Source: Patescibacteria group bacterium (GTDB lineage Bacteria; Patescibacteriota; WWE3; JAUXAW01; JAYEID01). Taken from it: a DNA stretch of 59,686 nucleotides. The notes beneath the pieces were generated by a model. It was not told the DNA's origin. It did not search any database and worked only from the letters and a program-made list of their open reading frames with translations. The position numbers were made by a program, and so were the translations under genes. Positions 45,480-54,555 of the stretch are shown piece by piece (the first letter of the stretch is position 1; every line of letters starts with the position of its first letter). The stretch covers positions 1-59,686 of the forward strand of contig JAYEID010000012.1 in assembly GCA_034659915.1 (NCBI GenBank), read 5' to 3'.

Positions 45480-45716
45480 CTACCTATTAACATAAGAAAT
45501 AAGTGCTGCCTCCCGCGCACGTTTGATAGCAGTGGCTATTTCGCGCTGGTGCCTTGCACAAAGACCTGTTTGCTCTCGTGGACGAATCTTCCCCCGACGT
45601 GTCAAAAACCGTTTCAGGTGCAACACATCTTTATAATCAACATCCCTACCACTTTGACAATAAAAACAGGGTCCTTTATGATAATTCTTTTTTTTATTGG
45701 ATCTTTTTCTCGGCAT
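45480..45716 (-). CDS. rpsR: 30S ribosomal protein S18
   Basis: CYFC...IDYKDV..LKRFLT..GKI.PR..TG.CA.HQR. Confidence 0.92.
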   Translation of the reverse strand: MPRKRSNKKKNYHKGPCFYCQSGRDVDYKDVLHLKRFLTRRGKIRPREQTGLCARHQREIATAIKRAREAALISYVNR

Positions 45717-45829
45717 TTCTTAAAAAAATTTCTAACAAAAATTACAAACACTTCCCGGTAGGCGGGCACTAGCCCGCCCCCGCGGAAAAAAAAAACAGAA
45801 GAGTAAAAATCAATCAAAACTTTGCGGCG

Positions 45830-46273
45830 TTACTCTTCTTCTACCTCCTCGACAATATCCTCATCAACATCCTCTGCTTCCGAACCTTCCTCAACTTCCA
45901 CATCTTCCGTTGCCTCTTCCTTCCTGCCAGATGGCTTCCGACTATCCAACACTACAACTTTGTCAGCAACAATCTCAGTCTTATAGTGGCGTTGCCCACT
46001 TTCATCCTCCCAAGATCGAGTTTGAAGGCGCCCACGCACATATACCTTACTACCCTTAACCAAGAACTGTTCACACACCTTGGCTAAACCATCCCACGCT
46101 ACCACTTCGTGAAGCTGCGTATCCTCCTTCTTCTGCCCATCAGAAGTTACCCACTCTCGGTTAGTAGCCACACCAAAACCAGCCACTGTATGACCGCCAG
46201 ATGTATCACGAACCTCCGGGTCGCGCGTTAAATTACCAATAATTACTGCTAAGTTTTCAGATCGTGCTCCCAT
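45830..46273 (-). CDS. ssb: single-stranded DNA-binding protein
   Basis: NLAVIIGNLTRDPEVR OB fold and an acidic tail. ATG at 46273 after GGAAGGGGGTG. Confidence 0.9.
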   Translation of the reverse strand: MGARSENLAVIIGNLTRDPEVRDTSGGHTVAGFGVATNREWVTSDGQKKEDTQLHEVVAWDGLAKVCEQFLVKGSKVYVRGRLQTRSWEDESGQRHYKTEIVADKVVVLDSRKPSGRKEEATEDVEVEEGSEAEDVDEDIVEEVEEE

Positions 46274-46354
46274 TCTTTGCAACACCCCCTTCCGCAAAAG
46301 AGCAAAATATAATATCTATATGTAAACTACTACGCACTTTAATAAGATCCTTCC

Positions 46355-46633
46355 CTACTTAACAAGCATAAATCTTATAAGGTCATCGTTCATTCCTAAG
46401 GTCTTTTTCAAATAAGCTACATCTGTTTCAGGCACAGAAATTTGCCAAACAAAATAATAGCCTTCCTGAAACCCCTTTATATTATAAGCCAAAGATCGCT
46501 TTCCCCAAGAGTCTTCCTCAATTACCTCTCCCCTACTCTTTTCCACAACATCCCGAATCTGTTCCAAAACTCCTTCTAACTCAGACTCAGCAAAATCTGG
46601 TTTCAAAATAAAAAGCAATTCATAAGTAGACAT
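46355..46633 (-). CDS. rpsF: 30S ribosomal protein S6
   Basis: MSTYELLFILKPD...WGKRSLAY. Conserved rpsF-ssb-rpsR order. Confidence 0.92.
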   Translation of the reverse strand: MSTYELLFILKPDFAESELEGVLEQIRDVVEKSRGEVIEEDSWGKRSLAYNIKGFQEGYYFVWQISVPETDVAYLKKTLGMNDDLIRFMLVK

Positions 46634-47218
46634 AGCGGGCTAAATCTTAACATAAAACAAGTAAATTGTCAGCTATTAGCTATCAACAACCACTCGTCAC
46701 TCTGCGGTCCAATCCGCCCTCCGCTTTCCGTACACCGCGATCATCCTGAAAGAGTTCCCGATTCAATTTAGCAGTCATTCTGAGCCGAGCTTCCAGCGAG
46801 GCGAAGAATCCCCTGCAATAAACTGCAACATCGCGGTCGATTCTTCGTCGGTTTAAGAAAACCTCCTCAGAATGACTTCTAGCCGTCATTTAAAATTCAT
46901 CCCCTATTTCCTATCTCTTATTCATTATCCCTTATTTATTATTTATTATTTCTTTATTTGTTTGGAACTTGGAATTTGTAATTTGTTATTTAGTTATCGA
47001 GACCCGAAGGGACGTACCCTACGCCTGCCGTGTACTCTACGTAGTACTGCGGTGGTGCTGTTCTCCAAGGACTACATCCGTAGACCCCTGGGGTGTGCCG
47101 TATGGTACTACCCTTGCAGGTTCTCTTAGGTTCCAGTCCCTTCCTCCCAATTCACATGAATTTGCTATTATTAAATTCGCAACGTATTCGCTATACTAAT
47201 TCGCATTAATTAGCTATT
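46634..47218. repeat. composite intergenic repeat, copy B
   Basis: Colinear with copy A. Contains a roughly 103-nt nested hairpin (GTCATTCTGAG 46774-46784 / CTCAGAATGAC 46866-46876, inner CGAAGAATC/GATTCTTCG). Also contains an ATTCGC word array at 47160-47215. Confidence 0.75.
46999..47125. repeat. AGACCT hairpin module with a roughly 100-nt insertion in the loop (copy B)
   Basis: GAGACC-CGAAGGG...CCCTTG-C-AGGTTCTC. The loop includes ACCCCTGGGGT (47084-47094). Confidence 0.45.
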
Positions 47219-48352
47219 TCAAATCTTAAACTCAACCACATCACTATCGTGGACAATATAATCTCTCCCACGCACATCAATAATTCCCTGTTCCTTTGCA
47301 GCTAACCACGAACCAGCCTCAATCAGCTCTTGGACTTGAACAACTTCTGCCCGGATAAAATTCTCGGCAAAATCACTATGCACAATTTCAGCTGCCCGCA
47401 AAACAGAAGAACCCTTCTTAATTGGCCAAGCACGAACAATCTCCCCTCCCTTAACAGTGTAGAAAGTAATCAATTCCAAAAGATTATAGCAGCCGCGGAT
47501 TACCTTATCCAAAGCAGACTCCGAAATACAAACCCCCTCTAAGTACTCTTTCCTTTCTTCCGGCGTAAAATCCGCTAAATCCTCTTCCAACTTGGCACAA
47601 ATGGGGATGGCCGAAGATAGGCTACCGCATTCCTCAGCCTCAGGAGCTAGACCTGCCTTGCCGGCAGGCAGGTCCGCAGAAGCCCCTGGGGCTTCTCCTG
47701 CAGCAGCCTCGTCTATATTGGCCACCACCAACTGCGGCTTCATAGTTAATAAATTCAAATCCTCTATCGCCTCTTCCTCTTCTTCTGTAAGCTTTGCTTC
47801 CACAGCCAATCTCCCCTCCTCCAAAACCTTTGACACCTTCTCAACCGCCCTCTTTTTTATTGTTTCTCTCTTATTTACATTTCCTTTTTGGAACTTGGTC
47901 CGCCGGCCGGCGGATTGGATTTGGAATTTCGAAATCCTCTCTAAATCTTTGAGCAACAACTCCGTATTAACTGTTTGCAAATCCTCCGCAGGATCAGCAC
48001 CACCTACCCTTTCCACACCCTCGCCTTCAAAAGCACGAACCAAATGCAACACAACATCCACATTTCTGATATGAGAAAGAAATTCATTGCCCAGACCCTC
48101 ACCCTCATGTGCACCTTTGACCAAGCCAGCTATATCCACAAACTCAATAGCAGCAGGTATTTTTTCTTTTGGATTTAAAACTTCTGCAAGCTGGTCTAAA
48201 TGCTCGTCTTTTACTTCCACCACCCCCACGTTCGGCTCAATCGTACAAAACGCGTATGGAGCGGTATTAGCCACACTACGACCAAGAAGAGCATTAAAAA
48301 GTGTTGATTTTCCAGCATTAGGAAGCCCTACAATTCCTACAGATACATCCAT
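47219..48352 (-). CDS. ychF: redox-regulated ATPase YchF carrying repeat-derived segments
   Basis: [27 protein letters not shown]-terminal TGS-like [13 protein letters not shown]...FIRAEV. Confidence 0.92.
   Translation of the reverse strand: MDVSVGIVGLPNAGKSTLFNALLGRSVANTAPYAFCTIEPNVGVVEVKDEHLDQLAEVLNPKEKIPAAIEFVDIAGLVKGAHEGEGLGNEFLSHIRNVDVVLHLVRAFEGEGVERVGGADPAEDLQTVNTELLLKDLERISKFQIQSAGRRTKFQKGNVNKRETIKKRAVEKVSKVLEEGRLAVEAKLTEEEEEAIEDLNLLTMKPQLVVANIDEAAAGEAPGASADLPAGKAGLAPEAEECGSLSSAIPICAKLEEDLADFTPEERKEYLEGVCISESALDKVIRGCYNLLELITFYTVKGGEIVRAWPIKKGSSVLRAAEIVHSDFAENFIRAEVVQVQELIEAGSWLAAKEQGIIDVRGRDYIVHDSDVVEFKI
47650..47674. repeat. P1 palindrome inside ychF (GACCTGCCTTGCCGGCAGGCAGGTC)
   Basis: Translated in frame as DLPAGKAGL. 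Confidence 0.8.
47678..47696. repeat. P2 palindrome inside ychF (AGAAGCCCCTGGGGCTTCT)
   Basis: Perfect 9-1-9 palindrome, translated as GEAPGAS. Confidence 0.8.
47900..47913. repeat. P3 palindrome inside ychF (CCGCCGGCCGGCGG)
   Basis: Flanked by TTTGGAACTTGGT and ATTGGATTTGGAATTTCGAAAT, strings otherwise seen only in the intergenic composite repeats. Confidence 0.75.
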
Positions 48353-48387
48353 AACTTAAGTTTACTATGGAACGCAATCTATTAAAA

Positions 48388-49536
48388 TCAATTTAACTGG
48401 CGCAAGTACTCCTTAGGTTTACTCCAATTTTCATTATATTTCACTGCTAGTTCAAATTGCTCCCGTGTCTTAGCCTCTTCACCTTGTTCCAAATATATCT
48501 CTCCCCGAAGTTGGTAAAGCTCAGAAAAAGCGCGGTTTCCGTTTTCCAAAATTTCATCAGTAATATCAAAAACTTTTTCATAATCACCCAATTCTGTATA
48601 TGCTTTTATCGGCTCAATCTGATACCAGAGCATTCGGCGGGGCAAATCTTCTTGCACCTCTTCAAAAGCTTGAACAGCCTGTTCATATTTGCCTAAATGA
48701 AAAGAACTAGTAGATAGATTGAATTGAGGATAAACATTCTCTGGAGAAAGCTTTGCCTCCTTTTGCGCTCGCCTCAATGCATTTTCCCAGGCTGCCCCTT
48801 CCCTAAATTCCTCACCTAAAATTTCCCTTAGTAATTCTTCATCTTCCTTTTGATAAACTACTATATAGTTATAATTAAAAGGTTGCCACAGTAACAAGAA
48901 ATCATAATAAGAAATTCTTCGGTCTGGTCCCTGATAAGAATCATCCTGAATTATCTTTTGGGCAGAGTCATTGTAACCGCGAACGAGTCTAAAATGACCA
49001 ATATCATCATTAGCATAAAGCCAAGTTTTTACTACTACTGGAAAGCCGTTTGCTGTTAATTTTTTAAGCATTTCAATGTCACCATTTACCCTGTTAACAG
49101 CTCCAAGACCATACTCCTCCGCCCAATCTACAAATTCGTGGGTAAAAATAGTTTTATCATCATTATCCCCTTCCGGATTTTGATATGGCCTCATCTTATC
49201 GCCAATCTCAGCCTGAGAAGCATCCACGCCGTACCAAGATAAAATCATAGAAAGGGTTGCAGGACCGCAATTATTAAAAGATTGATACACATGCTTAGGA
49301 GAATCTAACAATACTTTTTCTCCGGGAGACCTAACACTAATGCCCGAAGAGCCTGTTGCACTTTGCTCTTCCTCCTGAACTTTCTGGACATCTGATTCCT
49401 GCACTAGCTTAGTCCCCTCGCGTACATTTTGCACAAATTTCTCCTCTAGGGGCGGGTCTTCACGCAAAAATAAGAATGAAAACGCCCCCAAGACAAAAAG
49501 CGGTAAAATTATCAGAATCAGCAAAATTTTTTTCAT
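48388..49536 (-). CDS. secreted or membrane-anchored C39-like cysteine peptidase domain protein with C-terminal TPR repeats
   Basis: N-terminal hydrophobic helix. QSFNNCGPATLSMILSWYG (C39-like catalytic Cys context). TPR-like helices at the C-terminus. Confidence 0.7.
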   Translation of the reverse strand: MKKILLILIILPLFVLGAFSFLFLREDPPLEEKFVQNVREGTKLVQESDVQKVQEEEQSATGSSGISVRSPGEKVLLDSPKHVYQSFNNCGPATLSMILSWYGVDASQAEIGDKMRPYQNPEGDNDDKTIFTHEFVDWAEEYGLGAVNRVNGDIEMLKKLTANGFPVVVKTWLYANDDIGHFRLVRGYNDSAQKIIQDDSYQGPDRRISYYDFLLLWQPFNYNYIVVYQKEDEELLREILGEEFREGAAWENALRRAQKEAKLSPENVYPQFNLSTSSFHLGKYEQAVQAFEEVQEDLPRRMLWYQIEPIKAYTELGDYEKVFDITDEILENGNRAFSELYQLRGEIYLEQGEEAKTREQFELAVKYNENWSKPKEYLRQLN

Positions 49537-49575
49537 AATTTTAGTAATTACCAGATAGTTTATTTTATTGAGGAG

Positions 49576-50994
49576 CTATAATAATTTTTGAATTCGGGAG
49601 CCTTCCGGAGTATCTTCAACAGAAAACCCTAATTTTCTTATCTTTTCTCGAACCTTATCTGCTTCATTGTATTCACCAGCTTTTCGAAGCTGCTCACGTT
49701 TTTTAACTAACTTTTCCACTTCCTCAGGAACATGTGTAACTTCCACATTTCCTAGACCTAAGCCCAGAACATGATCAAAATCCGAAACAAGCTTGCGGGC
49801 TACAGATTGAAAAGCAGAGTCTCTTTCTCCCTCTTTGACAACTTCCCACACCACAGACAGCGCTTTTGGCATATTTAAATCATCATTTACTGCTTGAAGA
49901 AACTGTTGTTGATAATAATCCTGCTTTTCAACCAAAGGTTCTGTCAATTGGTAACTTTCCTCGACATTGGCACTTCTCCTTAATTTTTGGCGGAGGCGCG
50001 TCAAGGCGCTCTGGGCCGAGTCTAATGCCTCCCAAGTAAAGTTTAGAGGATGTCGATAACGAGCTGTAAGACAAAGATACCGAAAGGTTAAGGGGTCGTA
50101 TCCTCTTTCCACCAAATCACCAATAGTATAAAGGTTTCCTTCTGACTTACTCATCTTTCCACCCTCAACCTGCAAAAAAGCTGCGTGTAACCAAGTTTGA
50201 ACAAATTTCTTTCCTGTTGCAGCTTCGCTTTGGGCAATTTCATTTTCATGGTGGGGAAAGATATTATCTTGGCCCCCAGTATGGATATCCAACTGTTCAC
50301 CCAAGTACGCCATACTCATTGCACTACACTCAATATGCCAACCAGGATAACCCGTACCCCACGGTGATTTCCACTTCTGGAGATGATTTTCATCCACTAT
50401 CCATAATGCAAAGTCAAAAGGGTTCTTCTTCCCCGGTACTGGTTCAAGCCGCGCACCAGCACGAAGCTCCTCCAAATTCTTCCCCGAAAGCTTCCCATAT
50501 TCTGCAAATTTTGAAATGTCAAAGACCAGATACCTACCAGCCTTGTATGTATAATTCTTTTCTTCCAGGGTCCTGATAAGCTCAATCATCTCTCCAACAT
50601 GCTCTGTTGCCTTAGGCATTACGTGTGGCTGTTGTATATTAAGTCTTTCTAAATCTCTTAAAAAGGCGTTGGTATAAAAATCCGCTATTTCCTCAGGAGT
50701 CTTTTTCTCTTCTCGTGCTGCCTTTTCAATCTTATCCTCACCACTATCCGCAGCCAAATCATCATCGGTCAAGTGACCTACATCAGTAATATTCATTACT
50801 TGCTTAACAGTATAACCATTGTATTCCAAAACGCGCCGAATCAAATCCGACATAATATACCGCCACATGTTTCCAATGTGAGCATACATATAAACTGTAG
50901 GTCCACAGTCATACATTCGTACAAAGTCGTCTTTCAAAGGTTCAAACTCTTCCTTTTTTCGAGATAATGTATTGTAAAAAATCAGCTTAGACAT
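49576..50994 (-). CDS. cysS: cysteine--tRNA ligase
   Basis: [17 protein letters not shown]...[13 protein letters not shown] (HIGH), KMSKS. The track extension to 51081 runs into repeat DNA. Confidence 0.92.
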   Translation of the reverse strand: MSKLIFYNTLSRKKEEFEPLKDDFVRMYDCGPTVYMYAHIGNMWRYIMSDLIRRVLEYNGYTVKQVMNITDVGHLTDDDLAADSGEDKIEKAAREEKKTPEEIADFYTNAFLRDLERLNIQQPHVMPKATEHVGEMIELIRTLEEKNYTYKAGRYLVFDISKFAEYGKLSGKNLEELRAGARLEPVPGKKNPFDFALWIVDENHLQKWKSPWGTGYPGWHIECSAMSMAYLGEQLDIHTGGQDNIFPHHENEIAQSEAATGKKFVQTWLHAAFLQVEGGKMSKSEGNLYTIGDLVERGYDPLTFRYLCLTARYRHPLNFTWEALDSAQSALTRLRQKLRRSANVEESYQLTEPLVEKQDYYQQQFLQAVNDDLNMPKALSVVWEVVKEGERDSAFQSVARKLVSDFDHVLGLGLGNVEVTHVPEEVEKLVKKREQLRKAGEYNEADKVREKIRKLGFSVEDTPEGSRIQKLL

Positions 50995-51247
50995 AACTAT
51001 ATAATAACATAGGAAAGGTAAACCATGGGAACATAGAACAAAAAACATGAGAAGAGACTGAAGACAAGAGACTAGTAACAAGAGATAAGAAATAGAAAAT
51101 AATACGGAAGAAATTACAAATCACATCCGCCGGCTGGCGGATCAAGTTCCAAAAACGAAAAATAGAGAATAAGAAAAAAAAATCAACAAGAGGTAACTTC
51201 AAACTTTGAGCAAAAAGTAGTCAACAACAAGCAAAAAATCTGTATCC
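50995..51247. repeat. composite intergenic repeat, copy C (inverted relative to A/B)
   Basis: AAATTACAAAT[CACATCCGCCGGCTGGCGGAT]CAAGTTCCAAA is the reverse complement of the TTTGGAACTTGG..ATTTGTAATTT block of copy B, with a P3 palindrome inserted. Confidence 0.65.
51127..51140. repeat. P3 palindrome variant (CCGCCGGCTGGCGG)
   Basis: One mismatch from a perfect palindrome. Sits in copy C. Confidence 0.7.
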
Positions 51248-51928
51248 CTAAAATTCTGTGCGTCCCTCAAAAGCGTGGGAAAGTGTTACCTGGTCAGCAT
51301 ATTCTAAATCCCCTCCTACCGGCAAACCTTTAGCAATTCGAGTAATCTTTATATTCAGCGACTCTAACTGCTCTTTTATATACATTGCTGTTGATTCCCC
51401 CTCCATCGATGGGTTAGTAGCAATAATTACCTCGGAAATCCGCTCATCGCTTTCCGATTCATCGGCCGCAGCAGGAGAAGCCCCAGGGGCTGGGGAACCT
51501 GCCTTGCCGGCAGGCAGGTGCTGCGGGCTATTTTTCACGCGGTCCACCAATTCATTAATCTTCAAATCTTCAGGACCAATATTATTAACAGGCGAAATAA
51601 CACCATGTAGAACATGATAGAGACCTTTATAATCAGTAGTACCCTCTACCGCCAAAACATCCAACGGGCTTTCAACTACACATATAGTTGATTTGTCCCT
51701 ACCCGAAGAGCGGCAAATTTTACATGGGCTCTCCTCATCAACACTAAAACAAATTTCACAAAGAACAGTCTTCTTTCGCAACTCAAACAATGCCTCAGCT
51801 AACAAGTCCACTTCTTCTTCAGGAACATAAAGAAGATAAAAAGTCAGCCTTTTTGCTGTCTTTGGTCCTATACCAGGAAGCCTTTGCAATGCGTTTATTA
51901 AATTTTGTACTGGTTTTGGTATTTCCAT
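51248..51928 (-). CDS. recR: recombination protein RecR with a repeat-derived in-frame insertion
   Basis: LPGIGPKTAKRL (HhH), C4 zinc finger CEIC..CKIC, Toprim EVIIATNPSMEGESTAMYI. Confidence 0.92.
   Translation of the reverse strand: MEIPKPVQNLINALQRLPGIGPKTAKRLTFYLLYVPEEEVDLLAEALFELRKKTVLCEICFSVDEESPCKICRSSGRDKSTICVVESPLDVLAVEGTTDYKGLYHVLHGVISPVNNIGPEDLKINELVDRVKNSPQHLPAGKAGSPAPGASPAAADESESDERISEVIIATNPSMEGESTAMYIKEQLESLNIKITRIAKGLPVGGDLEYADQVTLSHAFEGRTEF
51474..51491. repeat. P2 palindrome inside recR (GGAGAAGCCCCAGGGGCT)
   Basis: Translated as part of [10 protein letters not shown]. Confidence 0.75.
51497..51519. repeat. P1 palindrome inside recR (ACCTGCCTTGCCGGCAGGCAGGT)
   Basis: Identical 23-mer to the ychF copy. 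Translated as HLPAGKAGS. Confidence 0.8.
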
Positions 51929-51978
51929 TTTTTTTTGCCTACCAGGAAGAAAATAGAAAGGAAAAGTACAAGCCGAGG

Positions 51979-53622
51979 TTAAACTAAGTCATCACTAAAA
52001 ATCTTAGCTGCTTCCTCATCATATTTTTCCAAGCTCTTATGATCCGAGACATTCCCCTTCCCCCCACTCTTTTTTTTGTCCTGCGGAGAGCTCTCCTCAG
52101 ATCCCTCACTACCTTTTTCCTCTTCCGCTTTATTACCTCCTTCACTACTATTATCCGAAACAGAAGCAAAAGAATCCTCCGAGCCCAAAACACACTCCAC
52201 TCGCACAGGAACTCTAATAACATCTTCTATCACTTTTTCAATAAGCGTTTTATTCTTAGTTGAATTTAACTTATCCTTATGAAAAGAGTAAAAAGCTTCT
52301 AGTACCAAAACTTCGCCATCGTAAGATTTGGGCCGGACAGATCTCAGTAGTGCACCAAGAGAGTGGTTATAAGGCTTTACTGAATTTAAAACTTGCTTCC
52401 AATTTTCCTTCACCTTTCTTAAGTTCTGCACACACCTACTCTTAACATAAGCACTTTCAGCAGTAGCGTTCCCATCTTTCTCATTCTTATTTCCCTCAGA
52501 AGCTGTATTTCCCGAATTAGGAGCCTTTTCCTTACTATTTTGAGAAGACTTGCTCTCGCTATTTTCTAAAAAACTTACAACTACCAACTCAAGACCTAGA
52601 GTAGGAATAGGAGAGACTGAAAGGTATTTCTCAGACTGAGTAATTTCATTAATCAATTCCCTATTTCTCGCTACCGTCAAGGACTTTGCCTGTTCACACA
52701 TTTTTCCAAATTCCTCTTCTGAAGCTTCCACCAGCTCCTCTCCAACCTCGGCATTAATAAGCAAAAGATCTCGCAAATAATCCAAAAGGTTGCTATAGAA
52801 AAACTCAAGGTCTCCCCCACTTTCGTAATATTTATTTAGAAAAACCAATGCAGCTTCTTTGTCACTCTCTATCAAAAAATCTACAAAAGATGGGATATCC
52901 AAGTTTCGGCTCCCCCCAACCACGGCATCAACACTTTCTCCTCCAACAATAACCTGCTCCAAAATTGTCTCTGCATCTCGATACGCCCCGCGCGCAGCCC
53001 GTGCTATTTTTCTTAAATCATTTTCTGGCAAAGATACTCCTTCTTTCTCACAAATCATTTTCAACAAATCCACAACCTGATCTTCTCGAGCACGCTTAAA
53101 TTCGAAAATTTGACAACGGGACCTAATAGTTGCTGGAACCCGCTTTGGCTCAGTAGTAGCCAAAATAAAGATAGCATGCTGCGGAGGCTCCTCTAGAGTT
53201 TTTAAAAGCGCATTAAAAGCTTCCCGAGTAAGCATATGAACCTCATCTACCACATAAACTTTCTTCCGACCCTGGGTAGGTGCCAACTTAACTCTATCCC
53301 GCAATCTTCTAACATCTGAAATCCTCCTGTTGGAAGCAGCGTCAATCTCAATTAGATCCATAAACTTGTTTGCCGCAATTGCTTTACAAGAAGCGCACTC
53401 TCCACAAGGCTCGCCAGACCAATTTTTCTCACCAGCTTTCTCACAATTAACTGCTTTAGCCAGCAGTCTAGCCGTGGTTGTCTTACCTGTTCCCCGAGGG
53501 CCTGCGAAGAGATATGCATGCCCTACTCTCCGCTTAGAAAGGGATTTTAAAAGAGAATTCTTAACCGCCTCCAAGCCAACTAGCTCTTCAAATTTCTGTG
53601 GGCGATACTTAGTATAAAACAT
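51979..53622 (-). CDS. dnaX: DNA polymerase III subunit gamma/tau
   Basis: KYRPQKFEELVG, GPRGTGKTT, zinc module C..C..C, VYVVDEVHML, SRCQ. Confidence 0.92.
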   Translation of the reverse strand: MFYTKYRPQKFEELVGLEAVKNSLLKSLSKRRVGHAYLFAGPRGTGKTTTARLLAKAVNCEKAGEKNWSGEPCGECASCKAIAANKFMDLIEIDAASNRRISDVRRLRDRVKLAPTQGRKKVYVVDEVHMLTREAFNALLKTLEEPPQHAIFILATTEPKRVPATIRSRCQIFEFKRAREDQVVDLLKMICEKEGVSLPENDLRKIARAARGAYRDAETILEQVIVGGESVDAVVGGSRNLDIPSFVDFLIESDKEAALVFLNKYYESGGDLEFFYSNLLDYLRDLLLINAEVGEELVEASEEEFGKMCEQAKSLTVARNRELINEITQSEKYLSVSPIPTLGLELVVVSFLENSESKSSQNSKEKAPNSGNTASEGNKNEKDGNATAESAYVKSRCVQNLRKVKENWKQVLNSVKPYNHSLGALLRSVRPKSYDGEVLVLEAFYSFHKDKLNSTKNKTLIEKVIEDVIRVPVRVECVLGSEDSFASVSDNSSEGGNKAEEEKGSEGSEESSPQDKKKSGGKGNVSDHKSLEKYDEEAAKIFSDDLV

Positions 53623-53629
53623 AAGATGT

Positions 53630-53645
53630 GCAGCTCAGAAGCTGC
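53630..53645. repeat. CAGCT-stem hairpin family member (GCAGCTCAGAAGCTGC)
   Basis: 8 nt upstream of the dnaX start. A second hairpin, GCGGCT-GGGA-AGTCGC, follows at 53664-53680. Confidence 0.55.
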
Positions 53646-53755
53646 ATAAAACAATAGTAATTTGCGGCTGGGAAGTCGCGTAAATTGTGATTAAGAAACC
53701 ACACGTAACTCAATAGTAATAGTAATTGACAAAATCCCAAACTACCACCGTACTA

Positions 53756-54295
53756 CTAATCCTCAATCCACTCCTTAATAACAGCTACCAACTCATTTTC
53801 AGTTAAACTCTTGACCATATTCAATTCTTTATCACTAAACAGTGCCAATACATAGTCTGCAGCATCAATCCCTTGCGAAGGTAGACCAATCCCTAATCGC
53901 AAGCGCCAAAAATTCTTCGTACCCAGGGAGCCAATGATAGACTGAACCCCATTATGCCCCGCTGCACCACGATACTTTTGAAGCTTGTAATCACCTAGAC
54001 CAAGGTCCAAGTCATCATGAATTACCAATAAGTTGTCGAGGTCAATGCTTTTTTCTCTAACAATTTCTGCTACCGCTTCTCCCGAAGAATTCATCCCAGT
54101 CTGGGGCTTAAGTAAGAACACATCATCACACTTATACATGACTGCAAAATCTGTACTTGTCTTTTCAAGACTAGAGAAATCCCTACAAATACTTCTAACA
54201 GACCTTAGCAAATCTATAACTAAAAAGCCCGCATTATGGCGGGTATTTTTATACTCTTCGCCGGGATTTCCAAGGCCAACAACTAATTTTGACAT
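53756..54295 (-). CDS. pth: peptidyl-tRNA hydrolase
   Basis: LVVGLGNPGEEYKNTRHNAGF and HDDLD motifs. Confidence 0.92.
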   Translation of the reverse strand: MSKLVVGLGNPGEEYKNTRHNAGFLVIDLLRSVRSICRDFSSLEKTSTDFAVMYKCDDVFLLKPQTGMNSSGEAVAEIVREKSIDLDNLLVIHDDLDLGLGDYKLQKYRGAAGHNGVQSIIGSLGTKNFWRLRLGIGLPSQGIDAADYVLALFSDKELNMVKSLTENELVAVIKEWIED

Positions 54296-54360
54296 AAACT
54301 TCGTTTGAATAACAATTACAGTGCGCTACCCTCAAAAAACTATATGGAGTTCGAAAAGTA

Positions 54361-54374
54361 CAGCTCGAAAGCTG
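54361..54374. repeat. CAGCT-stem hairpin family member (CAGCTCGAAAGCTG)
   Basis: Same orientation and GTACAGCTC...GCTGCAATAAA context as 58068 and 53630. Confidence 0.55.
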
Positions 54375-54555
54375 CAATAAATGCTTGGCCTAAAGGATTC
54401 GCGATAAACAATAGATAAACAATTATGTATCTTTTGTACATGCATCGTATAGCTATTGTATATCAAGCATTTATCTACTGTTTATCCACTGTATATCTAA
54501 CCTTTAACATCTTACCTCTTAAGGGGTAACAAGCTATCAGGATATCTCTAATGCT

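Noticed and set aside
46683-47199. ORFs 46683..46889(-), 46872..47129(+) and 46969..47199(+), and likewise 55805..56101(-), 31707..32018(+) and 50987..51202(-)
   Set aside because: They lie entirely within the composite repeats. Their sequence is low-complexity or palindrome-derived, there are no SDs, and the copies in other spacers do not keep the frames open.
46634-47218. Known housekeeping ncRNAs (RNase P RNA, tmRNA, SRP RNA, 6S) hidden in the long spacers
   Set aside because: I could not find the diagnostic strings by eye: the GAGGAAAGUCC-type P4 of RNase P, the tRNA-like ends plus tag ORF of tmRNA, or the GGAAGCAGC domain IV of SRP. The multi-copy nature of the spacers also argues against single-copy RNAs. 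A covariance-model scan is still needed.
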